From positions 96,001 through 160,000 of the forward strand of contig CBDBCY010000004.1 in assembly GCA_965203555.1 (NCBI GenBank): 64,000 nt of DNA, in the 5' to 3' direction. The notes below the pieces were generated by a model. That model saw nothing but the letters and a program-made list of their open reading frames with translations. It was not told the origin of the DNA and made no database searches. The translations under genes and the position numbers were made by a program. Below are positions 46,975 through 57,500 of the stretch, one piece after another (within the stretch, counting starts at the first letter, position 1; each line of letters begins with the position of its first letter). The stretch is from Acidimicrobiia bacterium. Lineage in GTDB: Bacteria; Actinomycetota; Acidimicrobiia; Spongiisociales; ZC4RG35.

Positions 46975-47973
46975 ATGAGCACTGAGACTGTTCACCGAGA
47001 GGTGGTGGTTCCCAGCCAACACCTGTTGCGGGATTTGCTGGGGACCAGCGATTCCTATTTTCGGGTGCTGCAGGAGTCCTTTCCGGAGGTGCGGATGGTG
47101 GCGCGCGGTGCCAACGTTTCACTCCGGGGCCCTTCGGACGAGGTTGGTTTGGCCGAGTCGGTGATCAATGAACTTCTCCTGCTCGTACAGGAGGGCGCCT
47201 CTCTGGCCGGACAGGTCGGTTCGGTAGTGCAGATGGTCCGAGATGATCTTCCCGATCCCGCCGTCGTGTTGAGCGCTACCTTGTCGGTGGGGCGCGGCAG
47301 ACTGGTAAGAGTGAAGACCCACCGCCAGTTGCTCTATGTCCAATCCATTCGGGAGAACACCGCCACCTTCGCGGTGGGCCCGGCCGGGACGGGCAAGACC
47401 TATCTGGCCATGGCGGCGGCAGTGGAAGCTCTGACACAGGGGAGTTGTCAACGAATCGTCCTGACCCGCCCGGCGGTGGAGGCGGGGGAGCGTCTTGGCT
47501 TTCTTCCCGGCGACCTTTCCGCCAAGGTGGATCCTTACCTGCGCCCCCTCTATGATGCGTTGTGGGCGATGCTGGGACCCGATGAGACATCCCGTTTGAT
47601 TGATCGGGGAACAATCGAGATCGCACCTCTCGCCTATATGAGGGGCCGAACGCTCAACGATGCCTGCGTCATCCTGGACGAGGCGCAGAACACATCTCCC
47701 GAGCAGATGAAGATGTTTTTGACCCGGCTGGGTTTCAACTCCAAGATGATCATCACCGGAGATCTCACCCAGACCGATCTCCCCTCGGGCCGCTCTTCCG
47801 GTCTGGAAGTGGTCCGGCACATTCTTGACGGGATTGCCGGGGTGGCCTTTGTGGAACTGACCAGCCGGGATGTGGTGCGGCATCGGGTGGTCGCCGACAT
47901 TATCGATGCCTACCAGCGTTATGAGACTTCCAACTTCGCGTCGGGAGGCCGGGCGAGAAGGGCCGAGAAATGA
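46975..47973 (+). CDS. phoH: PhoH family ATPase
   Basis: GPAGTGKT, TRPAVEAGERLGFLPG, YMRGRT, DEAQN. Confidence 0.96.
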   Translation: MSTETVHREVVVPSQHLLRDLLGTSDSYFRVLQESFPEVRMVARGANVSLRGPSDEVGLAESVINELLLLVQEGASLAGQVGSVVQMVRDDLPDPAVVLSATLSVGRGRLVRVKTHRQLLYVQSIRENTATFAVGPAGTGKTYLAMAAAVEALTQGSCQRIVLTRPAVEAGERLGFLPGDLSAKVDPYLRPLYDALWAMLGPDETSRLIDRGTIEIAPLAYMRGRTLNDACVILDEAQNTSPEQMKMFLTRLGFNSKMIITGDLTQTDLPSGRSSGLEVVRHILDGIAGVAFVELTSRDVVRHRVVADIIDAYQRYETSNFASGGRARRAEK

Positions 47974-50726
47974 CTACAGGAGATAGACGACCTCCCAGGA
48001 CGGGAGAAAAGTCGCTGATCCGCGGCCTGCTGCTGGTGTCCACGGTGTTGCTGGCCTGGGCCACCCTGACCATCGGCGCCGCCAGCGGAGAAGTCGATCT
48101 GAGAGTAGGAGAGTTGGCCACCCGCAATTACGTCGCTCAGCGGAGCAGCGAGGTCACCGACCAGGAGGCCACCGAGACTCTTCGTGAAGAGGAGGCTGCC
48201 CGAGTGGAGAGTGTCACCACCCGGGACGAGAGCATAGAACAACAGGTCAACGACGACCTGTCGCAGTTGTTCGAGGCGATCAGAAGCGGAGTGCTGGCGC
48301 CCGAACCGGAGTGGGTGGGAACCCTGTCGCTTCCTCCCACCAGTACGACCACTACAACCACCACCGCTGCGGCCCAGCCCACGACCACCACGTCGCCGCC
48401 CACCACCGAGACGGTTCCACCCCTGCAAGGGGAAGAAACTCCCGAAGGCGGCACCGATGGTGAACAAACGCCTCCTGCCGAAAGTCAGGAACAGGAATCG
48501 GATGTAATCACTACCACCACCGAGGCGGCTCAGGCTGCTGAGACTCCCGGGACGAATGCAGTGACCACTGCGGAACAACCGGCCAGGATCAACCTCAGTG
48601 GGAGAGTTTTCCTCGATTTCGACTCGGACGCAGCCATCACCGAGTCGGGCGACTACCCGGACTTGGGAGTGGAGTTGGTGACGGTCCGGGTCGTCTCTCT
48701 CGCCGGTGAGGGATATGACACCCAGACCGATGCCAACGGGCACTTTAGCATTGAGGTGCCGGAAGGGGTATGGGAGGTGGTGGTGGACAGCCAGGATTCT
48801 GATCTCCCTGCGGGTTTCACCATTTACCTTCCCGGGCGAAGCCAAACAGTGGTGTGTTTGGGACAGGGATCGGAGTGTGCCACGCAACCGGTTCCCTTCG
48901 TTCCGCTTCTCCGTTCCGCCCAGGTGCAAAACCAGGAGTTGATCCGTTCCTACCCGCAGTTGAACACTGGCACGGTGGCCACCATGGTGGAGGTTGCCCG
49001 CAACGATGTGATCCGGCAGGTATCGGACATTGCGCCCGGCTTGGTGGAGATCGAGAGGGCGGCCCTTACCTTGATGGTCGAATCTTTTGCCAACGAGATC
49101 AAGAGTGAGGACCTGCTCTCGGCCCAGAGCAGTATCCTGTCGGATCCGCCGGTGGTGTTCATTGACAATGTGCGCAACCCGGCGGCTGGCGAAGCGGCCG
49201 CCGACATCGCCGCGTCCTTCCTGCGCCCGAATTCCCTGCTCGACACCCAGGCCACGGAGGAGTTGCGACAAGCGGCTCGAGAAGCCTTGGAAGAGGTTAC
49301 GGTCTCCTATCGTTCGGGGCAGCCCATAATCGCCGAGGGCGAGCCTCTCACCCGACTGGTCATCGATGTCATATCGGCGACCGGAGCCGCCACCGGAAGA
49401 CCCGTGCAGGAGGCCGGTGTGCTGGTGGTCCTGGGGGCGGTGGTGGCGGTGTTGTCTCTCTTCCTCTACAGGTTCCGCCTCGATCTTTGGGAACAGATCC
49501 CGCTGCTCACCCTGTTCGGGCTTCTCACCGTGCTGGCGGCCGGCGCGGTGCGGGGCGCCACCTTCATAGGTGAGGTATTCGGATACGAAGTGGGCGTATA
49601 TCTGCTCCCAGCGGTGGCTTTCGGGTACTTGACGGCGGTTCTCTTGGACAACCGGGTTGGGCTCCTGATGGCTATTGTCCTGGCGGTGGTGACGGCGGTC
49701 GGCACCCGCGACCCCGGCGCGACCACCTACGCGCTGCTGGCCACCCTGGCGCCGGTGGGATTCGTCTCGGCGGCCTCGAGTCGCCGGGCCTTCCGCAATT
49801 CGGTGGCGGTCTCCGCGGCGGCCTTGGCGGTTATCGCAGCGGCCACTGCGTGGATATTTCACACCAGCATCGCCCAGTCTCCGGTGGGGGTGATGCTGCA
49901 GGCGGGGGTGCTGGCGTTCGCCTCCACCCTGATAGCCGCTCTCGTGGCCCTGGCGTCCATTGCCTTTTTCGAAGGCATCTTCGACGTGACCACCACTCTC
50001 CGTTTGCTCGACTTGACCGATCGCAACCACGAGGCCCTGCAATTGCTGCAAGAGAAGGCTTTCGGTACCTTCAATCATTCCCTGATGGTGGGGACGCTGG
50101 CCAGCGCGGCGGCAAAGGCGATCGGGGCCAACAATCTCTTGGCTCGCGCGGCCGCCTATTACCACGATCTGGGTAAGACGGAGAACCCCGGATTCTTTAT
50201 AGAGAACCAGTTCGGCGCCGTCAATCCGCATGACGAGATGAGACCCGAGGAGTCCGCCGAGGTGATCCGCCGGCATGTGTCCGACGGCATAAGCCTGGCG
50301 ACCCGCTATCAAATCCCCTCATCGGTGAGGGAGGGGATCCTTACTCATCACGGCACCGGGATAATACGCTATTTCTACGACAAGGCCCTGGGCTTGTACG
50401 GGGAGGAAAACGTCGATGTGGATGACTATCGACACATTGGGGCGAAGCCCCGATCCAAGGAAATGGCCATTGTGATGCTGGCCGACGGGGTGGAGGGAGC
50501 ATGCCGGGCCGCTTTCCAGGTCAATTATGGGGAAGGCGCTCCTCCAGAGCCCACCCTGCAAGCCATTGCTGCGGTGATAGACGGGATCATCCGTGAAAAG
50601 ATGTCCGATTACCAGTTGAGCGAAGCCTCCCTCACCTTCAGCGAACTTCAGGCGATTCGCAATGCCTTCGCGGAAGCGATGGCGGGTCACTACCATCAGC
50701 GCATTCGATACCCCAACTTTCCCTGA
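47970..50726 (+). CDS. 7TM-HD phosphohydrolase (PgpH/YqfF-like c-di-AMP phosphodiesterase) with extracellular insertion
   Basis: N-terminal TM, extracellular region, multi-TM block, then GTFNHS, YYHDLGK, FIENQ, HHGT, MLAD HD domain; phoH-X-ybeY synteny. Confidence 0.88.
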   Translation: MTTGDRRPPRTGEKSLIRGLLLVSTVLLAWATLTIGAASGEVDLRVGELATRNYVAQRSSEVTDQEATETLREEEAARVESVTTRDESIEQQVNDDLSQLFEAIRSGVLAPEPEWVGTLSLPPTSTTTTTTTAAAQPTTTTSPPTTETVPPLQGEETPEGGTDGEQTPPAESQEQESDVITTTTEAAQAAETPGTNAVTTAEQPARINLSGRVFLDFDSDAAITESGDYPDLGVELVTVRVVSLAGEGYDTQTDANGHFSIEVPEGVWEVVVDSQDSDLPAGFTIYLPGRSQTVVCLGQGSECATQPVPFVPLLRSAQVQNQELIRSYPQLNTGTVATMVEVARNDVIRQVSDIAPGLVEIERAALTLMVESFANEIKSEDLLSAQSSILSDPPVVFIDNVRNPAAGEAAADIAASFLRPNSLLDTQATEELRQAAREALEEVTVSYRSGQPIIAEGEPLTRLVIDVISATGAATGRPVQEAGVLVVLGAVVAVLSLFLYRFRLDLWEQIPLLTLFGLLTVLAAGAVRGATFIGEVFGYEVGVYLLPAVAFGYLTAVLLDNRVGLLMAIVLAVVTAVGTRDPGATTYALLATLAPVGFVSAASSRRAFRNSVAVSAAALAVIAAATAWIFHTSIAQSPVGVMLQAGVLAFASTLIAALVALASIAFFEGIFDVTTTLRLLDLTDRNHEALQLLQEKAFGTFNHSLMVGTLASAAAKAIGANNLLARAAAYYHDLGKTENPGFFIENQFGAVNPHDEMRPEESAEVIRRHVSDGISLATRYQIPSSVREGILTHHGTGIIRYFYDKALGLYGEENVDVDDYRHIGAKPRSKEMAIVMLADGVEGACRAAFQVNYGEGAPPEPTLQAIAAVIDGIIREKMSDYQLSEASLTFSELQAIRNAFAEAMAGHYHQRIRYPNFP

Positions 50727-50782
50727 ATGGAAGACCCTTCATCTAGCAGTCCGAAGGGGCCTCCCGACGCGATCGGCGAGAC

Positions 50783-51256
50783 TTGCAGATGAACGTCCAG
50801 ATTGTTGACGAGCAGGATTCCTCGGTGGATTTGCACCTGCTGGGTCGCTTGGCGGAGGCTGTGCTGCAGGGTGAGGGATACGGTTCGGGATGCATGGTGG
50901 ATGTGACGTTGGTGCCTGACAGGCGGATGAAGGAGATGAACCTTCAACACCGTGGCCGCGAGGGTCCCACCGATGTCTTGGCGCTTCCCCTGCAAGTTAT
51001 AGATCCGACCCGCAGCGCCCGCGCTCCCCGGAGGGGCGGGCCTCCCCTCCACCTGGGCGATGTGGTGATCGCTCCAGGCTATGTGAGTCGTCAATCGGAC
51101 GTGGGGGGCTGGAACTTTGCTGAGGAAATGGGTTTGATGGTGGTGCATGGTGTCTTGCATCTGTTGGGCTACCGGCACGATTCCGACCGGCAAGCTGTGG
51201 TAATGGAGAACCGGGAACGGCGCGTTTTGGCCGGGGAGGGCTTGAGGAGGCGATGA
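50783..51256 (+). CDS. ybeY: Endoribonuclease YbeY
   Basis: PTDVL, LGDVVI, HGVLHLLGYRH. Confidence 0.94.
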   Translation: MQMNVQIVDEQDSSVDLHLLGRLAEAVLQGEGYGSGCMVDVTLVPDRRMKEMNLQHRGREGPTDVLALPLQVIDPTRSARAPRRGGPPLHLGDVVIAPGYVSRQSDVGGWNFAEEMGLMVVHGVLHLLGYRHDSDRQAVVMENRERRVLAGEGLRRR

Positions 51257-52431
51257 TGCTGATCTGGCTCGGGGCCGCACTGATGGTGATTGCCGCGCTG
51301 CTACGGATGGGACTGGGCGCTCTGGCGGGTATGGACAGAGCCGGCGAAGCCCAGGCTGCGGCGGAAGGCCACTTCAGAGCGGAGCGCCACAACCGCATTC
51401 TGAGAGGGGATCGCTGGATGGTCATGGCCGGATGGCGGATGGAAGGCGCCTTCACCATTGTGGCGGTGGTGCTGCTGACGGCGGGACTCTCTGCCGCCGG
51501 TCTCGGCGCGTGGGAAGCCGCGGCATGGGCGGTGGTGTCCATCCTGGCGGTACGAGTGGTCGCCGGCTGGACGGCTCGCCGGTGGGAGGGGGCGGAGCGA
51601 ATGAGCGGACTGGTGGAGTTGTCCGCACGTTTCCACGCCCGGTTGTGGAAGCCTCCCTCGTCCCTTGACGCCGACACTCCCCAGTCCGAGGAGCAGGAAA
51701 TATCAGAGGAGAAAGAAATGATCTCCTCGGTGTTGGAGTTCTCCGACACCATTGTGCGGGAAGTGATGGTGCCCCGCACCGACATGGTGACCGTCACGGT
51801 GGACGCCGAGTTGGACGAACTGGCGGAAGTCGTCAAAGAATACGGATTCTCCCGATTTCCGGTATTGGATGGAGGAATAGACCGGGTAGTGGGAATGGCC
51901 CTGGCCAAGGATCTCATTTCGATCCTGGTGGAAGGCGGAAACGGCGCCACGGTCAGGGACATTCAACGGACTCCGCTGTATGTGCCGGAAACCAAGGCGG
52001 TCTCCGATTTGTTGCGGGAGATGCGCCGCAACGGAGACCACATGGCGGTAGTGATCGATGAACACGGCGGGACAGCGGGGCTGGTCACCATCGAAGATTT
52101 GCTGGAGGAGTTGGTCGGGGAGATCGTGGATGAGCACGACGAGCAGGATGAATGGGTGAGGGCGAAGGAAGGGGGAGTGTTGCATGTGGACGGACGCTTC
52201 CCGGTGGATGACCTGGGTGACTTGTTGGGCGTAAAACTGCCTCAAGAGGAGTGGGACACGGTGGGTGGGTTGGTGCTTGCCTTGGCCGGCAGGGTCCCGG
52301 AAGTGGGAGAAACCCTCTCCACCCACGGCGTGGAATTCGTGGTCAGGGAAGTTCTCGGACATCGGGTGTCGGAGTTGCGGGTCCAGCGCAGTGGCGAGAT
52401 GTTCGGGGAAGGGATGAGAGCAGTCGGTTAG
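51253..52431 (+). CDS. Hemolysin/CorC family CBS-domain membrane protein
   Basis: VREVMVPRTDM, FSRFPV, DEHGGTAGLVTIEDLLEELVGEI. Confidence 0.9.
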   Translation: MMLIWLGAALMVIAALLRMGLGALAGMDRAGEAQAAAEGHFRAERHNRILRGDRWMVMAGWRMEGAFTIVAVVLLTAGLSAAGLGAWEAAAWAVVSILAVRVVAGWTARRWEGAERMSGLVELSARFHARLWKPPSSLDADTPQSEEQEISEEKEMISSVLEFSDTIVREVMVPRTDMVTVTVDAELDELAEVVKEYGFSRFPVLDGGIDRVVGMALAKDLISILVEGGNGATVRDIQRTPLYVPETKAVSDLLREMRRNGDHMAVVIDEHGGTAGLVTIEDLLEELVGEIVDEHDEQDEWVRAKEGGVLHVDGRFPVDDLGDLLGVKLPQEEWDTVGGLVLALAGRVPEVGETLSTHGVEFVVREVLGHRVSELRVQRSGEMFGEGMRAVG

Positions 52432-52460
52432 CCCTTGTTCGCCGGAAACTGTTCAGTATC

Positions 52461-53348
52461 GTGAGATCGGGCTTCGTCTCGGTGGTGGGGCGGCCCAATG
52501 TCGGCAAGTCCACCCTGGTGAATTCCTTGGCAGGGCAGAAGGTTGCTATCACCTCTCATCGCCCCCAGACCACCCGAAACGCCATCCGGGCGGTGGTGAC
52601 CGATCCCCACAACCAACCTCCCGACTGGCAGATGGTGCTGGTCGACACGCCCGGATTGCATAAGCCCCGTAATGAGCTGGGTGAGCGGCTGAACCGGCTG
52701 GTGTACGGCGCCCTGGCTGATGCGGATGTGGTGGCCTTCCTGGTGGATGCCCGCCAACCGGTCGGGCCGGGGGATCGAAGGATCGCTCAACGCTTGGCCC
52801 AGGACCGGTCGAAGGTGGTGGTGCTGGTAAACAAGACGGACCGGTTCTCCAAGGAGAAAATCGCGGTCCGGCTCATGGAGGTGGCCCGGTGGGACTTCGC
52901 CGCTTATGTGCCGATCAGCGCCTTGCGCGGTGACAATCTCCCGGCGGTGGTGGCGGAGATCTGCGGCCGGCTGCCCGAAGGGCCGATGTACTTTCCCCCC
53001 GGCGCCGTCACCGATCAACCCGATTCATTTTTCGCCTCCGAGGTGATCAGGGAGAAGTTCCTGGCTGGATTGCACCAGGAACTCCCTCATTCGCTCTTGG
53101 TGGCGGTGGAGGATTTCCATGTCCGTGGGGATGGGCTGGTCACCGTCAGCGCCAAGCTGGTGGTGGAGAGTCCCTCCCAGAAGGGAATAGTCATTGGAAG
53201 GGGAGGCGCTCGTCTACGTGAGCACGGCACTGAGGCGCGACGGGAACTTGAGACGTTTTTCGGCGCCAAAGTGTACCTGGACCTGCGTGTGGTTGTGGAG
53301 AAGAAGTGGCAACGGAGGTCGGTGCTTTTGGATCGATTCGGGTTCTGA
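52461..53348 (+). CDS. era: GTPase Era
   Basis: GRPNVGKST, PQTTR, DTPG, NKTD, KH domain GIVIGRGG. Confidence 0.96.
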   Translation: MRSGFVSVVGRPNVGKSTLVNSLAGQKVAITSHRPQTTRNAIRAVVTDPHNQPPDWQMVLVDTPGLHKPRNELGERLNRLVYGALADADVVAFLVDARQPVGPGDRRIAQRLAQDRSKVVVLVNKTDRFSKEKIAVRLMEVARWDFAAYVPISALRGDNLPAVVAEICGRLPEGPMYFPPGAVTDQPDSFFASEVIREKFLAGLHQELPHSLLVAVEDFHVRGDGLVTVSAKLVVESPSQKGIVIGRGGARLREHGTEARRELETFFGAKVYLDLRVVVEKKWQRRSVLLDRFGF

Positions 53349-53614
53349 ACTGCTCGTTCGGGCAGATACGAACCCCCGCTGGCGGCGAGTGTTCGTGCCG
53401 CGGAGGGTTCTGTGCCTCTGTTATCTCGGGGTGAAAGCAGGGAAGTATGTCGAGATTTGGGGAGGGGCTACCTGTGGTTTAGTGCAAGGCGTGGGCCGAT
53501 GACCCCAATGGTGGGGGTCCTCCACAATTCGGGTGCGTGAGATCGGAGGCCAGGAGCGAGTATGTGCAGGGAGAGCAAGGCATCCGGACACCGATGGGTT
53601 CCCCCTCTTTCCGG

Positions 53615-53871
53615 CTATCGCTTATCGAGATACTCCAAGACCTGTCGGAAACCCCGGTCGAGTTTCTCGTCCGTGGCCTGACGATTCACGTCTATTTTGA
53701 CGTTGAGCAGGTGAATGTCGTGTTTCACCTCGGCGAAATCGTGTTTCACTTCGGCGATATCCTGTTTCACCTCCGCGATGTCGCGTTTCACCTCGGAGAT
53801 GTCGTTCCCGATGCGTCTCTGCAGGCTGTTGAGGGCATCGGCGGTCATCGAAGCGACGTCCTTGGCGTCAT
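53615..53871 (-). CDS. Small heptad-repeat coiled-coil protein, copy 1 (1-bp deletion after ATG; in-frame ATG at 53848)
   Basis: DISEVKR-DIAEVKQ-DIAEVKH-DFAEVKH heptads; paralog of 54091-54327. Confidence 0.6.
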
Positions 53872-54090
53872 GCTTCCCGAGTATATCCGGGATCGGCTGT
53901 CAATGCCACAGACGCGTCCGCTGCTTGCCTGTGATCTCATCCGGTCCGTCCACCGCGTTCCAGGATCATCTTCTCTTTGTTCAGCGTCCTTGCTCTGGTA
54001 GCGGCCCTCTGTCGGGAGATCGGGAGAGTCGTTTCAATGTAGCAGGGATAGCATGGCAGTCGGACACCGATGGGTTCCCCCTCTTTCCGG

Positions 54091-54327
54091 CTATCGCTTA
54101 TCGAGATACTCCAAGACCTGTTGGAAACCCCGGTCGAGTTTCTCGTCCGTGGCCTGACGATTCACGTCTATTTTGACGTTGACCAGGTGAATGTCGTGTT
54201 TCACTTCGGCGATGTCCTGTTTCACCTCCGCGATGTCGCGTTTCACCTCGGAGATGTCGTTCCCGATGCGTCTCTCCAGGCTGTTGAGGGCATCGGCAGT
54301 CATCGAAGCGATGTCCTTGGCGTCCAT
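54091..54327 (-). CDS. Small heptad-repeat coiled-coil protein, copy 2
   Basis: 78 aa, three DIxEVKx heptads; TATACT -10 eight nt before ATG. Confidence 0.7.
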   Translation of the reverse strand: MDAKDIASMTADALNSLERRIGNDISEVKRDIAEVKQDIAEVKHDIHLVNVKIDVNRQATDEKLDRGFQQVLEYLDKR

Positions 54328-54555
54328 GCTTCCCGAGTATATCCGGGATCAGCTATCAAGGCCACAGACGCGTCCGCTGCTTGCCTGTGATCTCATCCGG
54401 TCCGTCCACCGCGTTCCAGGATCATCCTCTCTTTGTTCAGCGTCCTTCTTTTGGCAACGGCTCTCAATAACACAGAAACCAATGGCGCAGACCAAGGCCG
54501 TTCGTTTACTGAAGTAGAGCATTTTGCTGTTGTCTGATATCCTTATTGGTGCATT

Positions 54556-57500
54556 ATGAAAAAAATAATGGCAGCCAACCGGGGGGAGATAGCCGTCCGG
54601 ATCATGAGGGCCGCGACGGAACTCGGTTTGCGAACTGCAACCATCTACTCGAACGAGGATCGCTACAGTCTGCACCGTTTCAAGGCGGACGAAGCTTACG
54701 AGATCGGAAGCGACAAGGGGCCGGTGGCGGCCTACCTTGACATCGACGGGATTATCACTCTGGCCAGGGAGAGAGGGGTGGACGCCATCCATCCCGGTTA
54801 CGGGTTCCTGTCCGAGAATGCCAGGTTCTCGCGAGCATGTGCGGAGGCCGGCATCACATTCATCGGCCCGCCACCCGAGTTGCTTGAAGCGCTCGGCGAC
54901 AAGACCGCGGCGCGGCGACTGGCTGCGCAGGCCGGGGTACCCACCGTCCCCGGCACCGGTCTGGCGCCCGATGATCCCCGGGAGATTGTCCTCAGTGCGG
55001 AATCGGTGGGCTTTCCGCTGATAGTCAAGGCGTCGTTCGGCGGCGGCGGTCGGGGTATGCGAGTGGTCAACAGTCCCGATGAACTGCTGGGCAGGCTGGA
55101 GGAGGCGCGGGGGGAGGCTCAGCGTACTTTCGGGGACGGCTCTGTCTTCCTGGAGCGTTACATCGCCCGGGCCCGCCACATCGAAGTGCAGATTCTGGCC
55201 GACTCGCACGGCTCGGTGGTCCACCTTTGGGAGCGTGATTGCTCGGTACAGCGGCGCCATCAGAAAGTTGTGGAACTGGCGCCGGCGCCGAATCTGGCGG
55301 ATCAACTCCGCGACGAGATTTGTGCGGCGGCCATCCGGGTTGCCCGGACAACCGGTTACGTCAATGCCGGCACCGTCGAGTTCCTGGTGGATGCTGATAC
55401 GGGTGAGTGGTTCTTCATGGAGGTCAACCCGCGAATCCAGGTGGAGCACACCGTTACCGAGTTGGTGACCGGTGTCGACCTGGTCCGGTCGCAGATTCTG
55501 GTGGCGCAGGGATGCCGGCTCCACGAGGCGCCCCTTTCCATCCCTGCGCAGAGCGAAATCCCTCGTCGGGGAACCGCCATACAGTGCCGCATAACGACCG
55601 AGGATCCCAAGAACGAGTTCTCCCCTGACTACGGGCGCCTGCAAACTTACCGCAGCCCGGGAGGTTTGGGGATCCGACTCGATGGAAATGCCTATACCGG
55701 GGCGGTGCTCAGCCCGTTTTACGATTCGCTCCTGGTCAAACTCACCGCGTCGGATACCAACCTGCCCGACGCCTGCACCCGGGCCGACCGAGCCTTGCAG
55801 GAGTTCCGGGTCCGGGGTGTCGAAACCAACATTCAGTTTCTGCGCAATGTCATCAACCATCCCGATTTTCGCAACGGCGTGGTAACCACCCACTTCCTGG
55901 AGGAGACGCCCGAACTCTTCGAAATACGACCGCCTCGTGATCGCGCCAACCGGCTGCTGAGCTATATCGGCGACACCATCCTCAACGGGAATCCCACCGT
56001 GGTGGGCAAGGACCATCCGACGAATCTGAATGCCCCTCCCATAGTGCCGGTGGACATGAGTGCCGAGCCTCCGCCCGGTACCCGGGATCTGCTGCTGGAG
56101 ATGGGACCGGACAAGTTCGCCGAGTGGGTCTGGGATCAAAAGCGCCTTCTGGTGACCGACACCACTTTCCGTGACGCACATCAGTCGCTTCTGGCAACTC
56201 GGGTGCGCACCTACGATTTGTTGGGTACGGCCGGGGCAGTGGCGCGGCGTCTGTCGAACCTGTTCAGTGTCGAGATGTGGGGCGGCGCGACCTTCGACGC
56301 AGCGTTGCGTTTCCTGTACGAGGACCCGTGGGAGCGTTTGCGTCTGATGCGCGAGGCGATTCCCAACATCTGTTTCCAGATGCTGCTGCGAGCTTCCAAT
56401 GCGGTGGGCTACACCAGCTATCCGGACAATGTCGTGCGTGAATTCACCATTGAGGCCGCCCGGCAGGGGATCGATGTTTTCCGGGTTTTCGACTCCCTGA
56501 ACGACGTGCGCAACATGGAGGTGGCGATCGAGGCGGTGCGCAGCACTCATGCCGTTTGCGAGGCCGCCATCTGCTATACGGGCGATCTCCTCGATCCGGA
56601 TCGCCCCAAATACAGTCTCAACTATTACGTGAACCTTGCCCGCCGTCTACAGGAGATGGGGGCGCACTTACTGTGCATCAAGGACATGGCGGGGCTGTGC
56701 CGTCCTTATGCCGCCGACCAGTTGGTGAGGGTCCTGCGGGAGGAGGTGGGCATTCCGATCCACTTCCATACCCACGACGCCAGTGGTATCCAGGCGGCGA
56801 CTCTCATAAAGGGGGGCGAGGCCGGGATAGACATCATAGACGCGGCCGTGGCGGCGGTGTCGGGTTCCACCAGCCAACCCAACCTGAATACGATGGTCGG
56901 TTCGCTGGAAGGTACCGAACGCGACACCGAACTCGACTCGGATGCCTTGGGCGATTGCTCCCTTTTCTGGGAGACGGTGCGTACCTACTACCAACCCTTC
57001 GACAACTCTCCCAAGTCCGGCAGTGCCCGGCTGTACGACCATGAGATCCCCGGCGGGCAGTTCACCAATTTGCAACAGCAGGCGACCGCGCTGGGCCTGG
57101 GTCAACGCTGGCGAGAGGTAGAAGAGATGTACGCGGATGTCAACCAGATGCTGGGGGACATTGTGAAGGTCACTCCGTCCAGCAAAGTGGTCGGCGATCT
57201 GGCTCTGTTCCTGCTCTCCAAGGGGATGACGTGCGATGAGGTGCGAGGGCTTCCTCCCGACCACAACATCGGATTCCCCGAATCGGTGGTTGACATGATG
57301 CGAGGGTCGCTCGGTGAGCCTCCCGGCGGTTGGCCCGAGGACATTCGAGAGATACTGCTGTGCCGCAACCGGCCTATCGAGGGACGGGCGGGCGCCAAAC
57401 TCCCCAGCGCCGACATCGGTGCGGCCGTAGAGACGGCTACGGAGTTGCTGGGACATCGAGCAGGGTGGGCCGACGGCCTGAGCTACCTGCTCTATCCGGT

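Larger units (their letters stand above)
53537..54466. repeat. Tandem duplication, period ~476 bp
   Basis: CGGACACCGATGGGTTCCCC... starts at both 53585 and 54061; high identity through ~54010 and ~54466; copy 1 has one extra 21-bp unit. Confidence 0.92.

Noticed and set aside
47919-50312. 797-aa minus-strand ORF, and similar long antisense ORFs such as 54349-56550 and 2302-3591
   Set aside because: Shadow frames of well-supported plus-strand genes in high-GC DNA; no recognisable motifs.
53700-53800. CRISPR-like short repeats (GTTTCACxTC every 21 bp)
   Set aside because: The period is 21 bp with no unique spacers; these are heptad-coding repeats within an ORF, and no cas genes are nearby.
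53880-53903. PafBC-like or sigma70 promoter for the duplicated coiled-coil gene (TTGACA...TATACT, minus strand)
   Set aside because: TTGACA to -10 spacing is 12 nt, too short for sigma70, and one base off the PafBC geometry; copy 2 has TTGATA. Only the -10 and the palindrome are retained as evidence.
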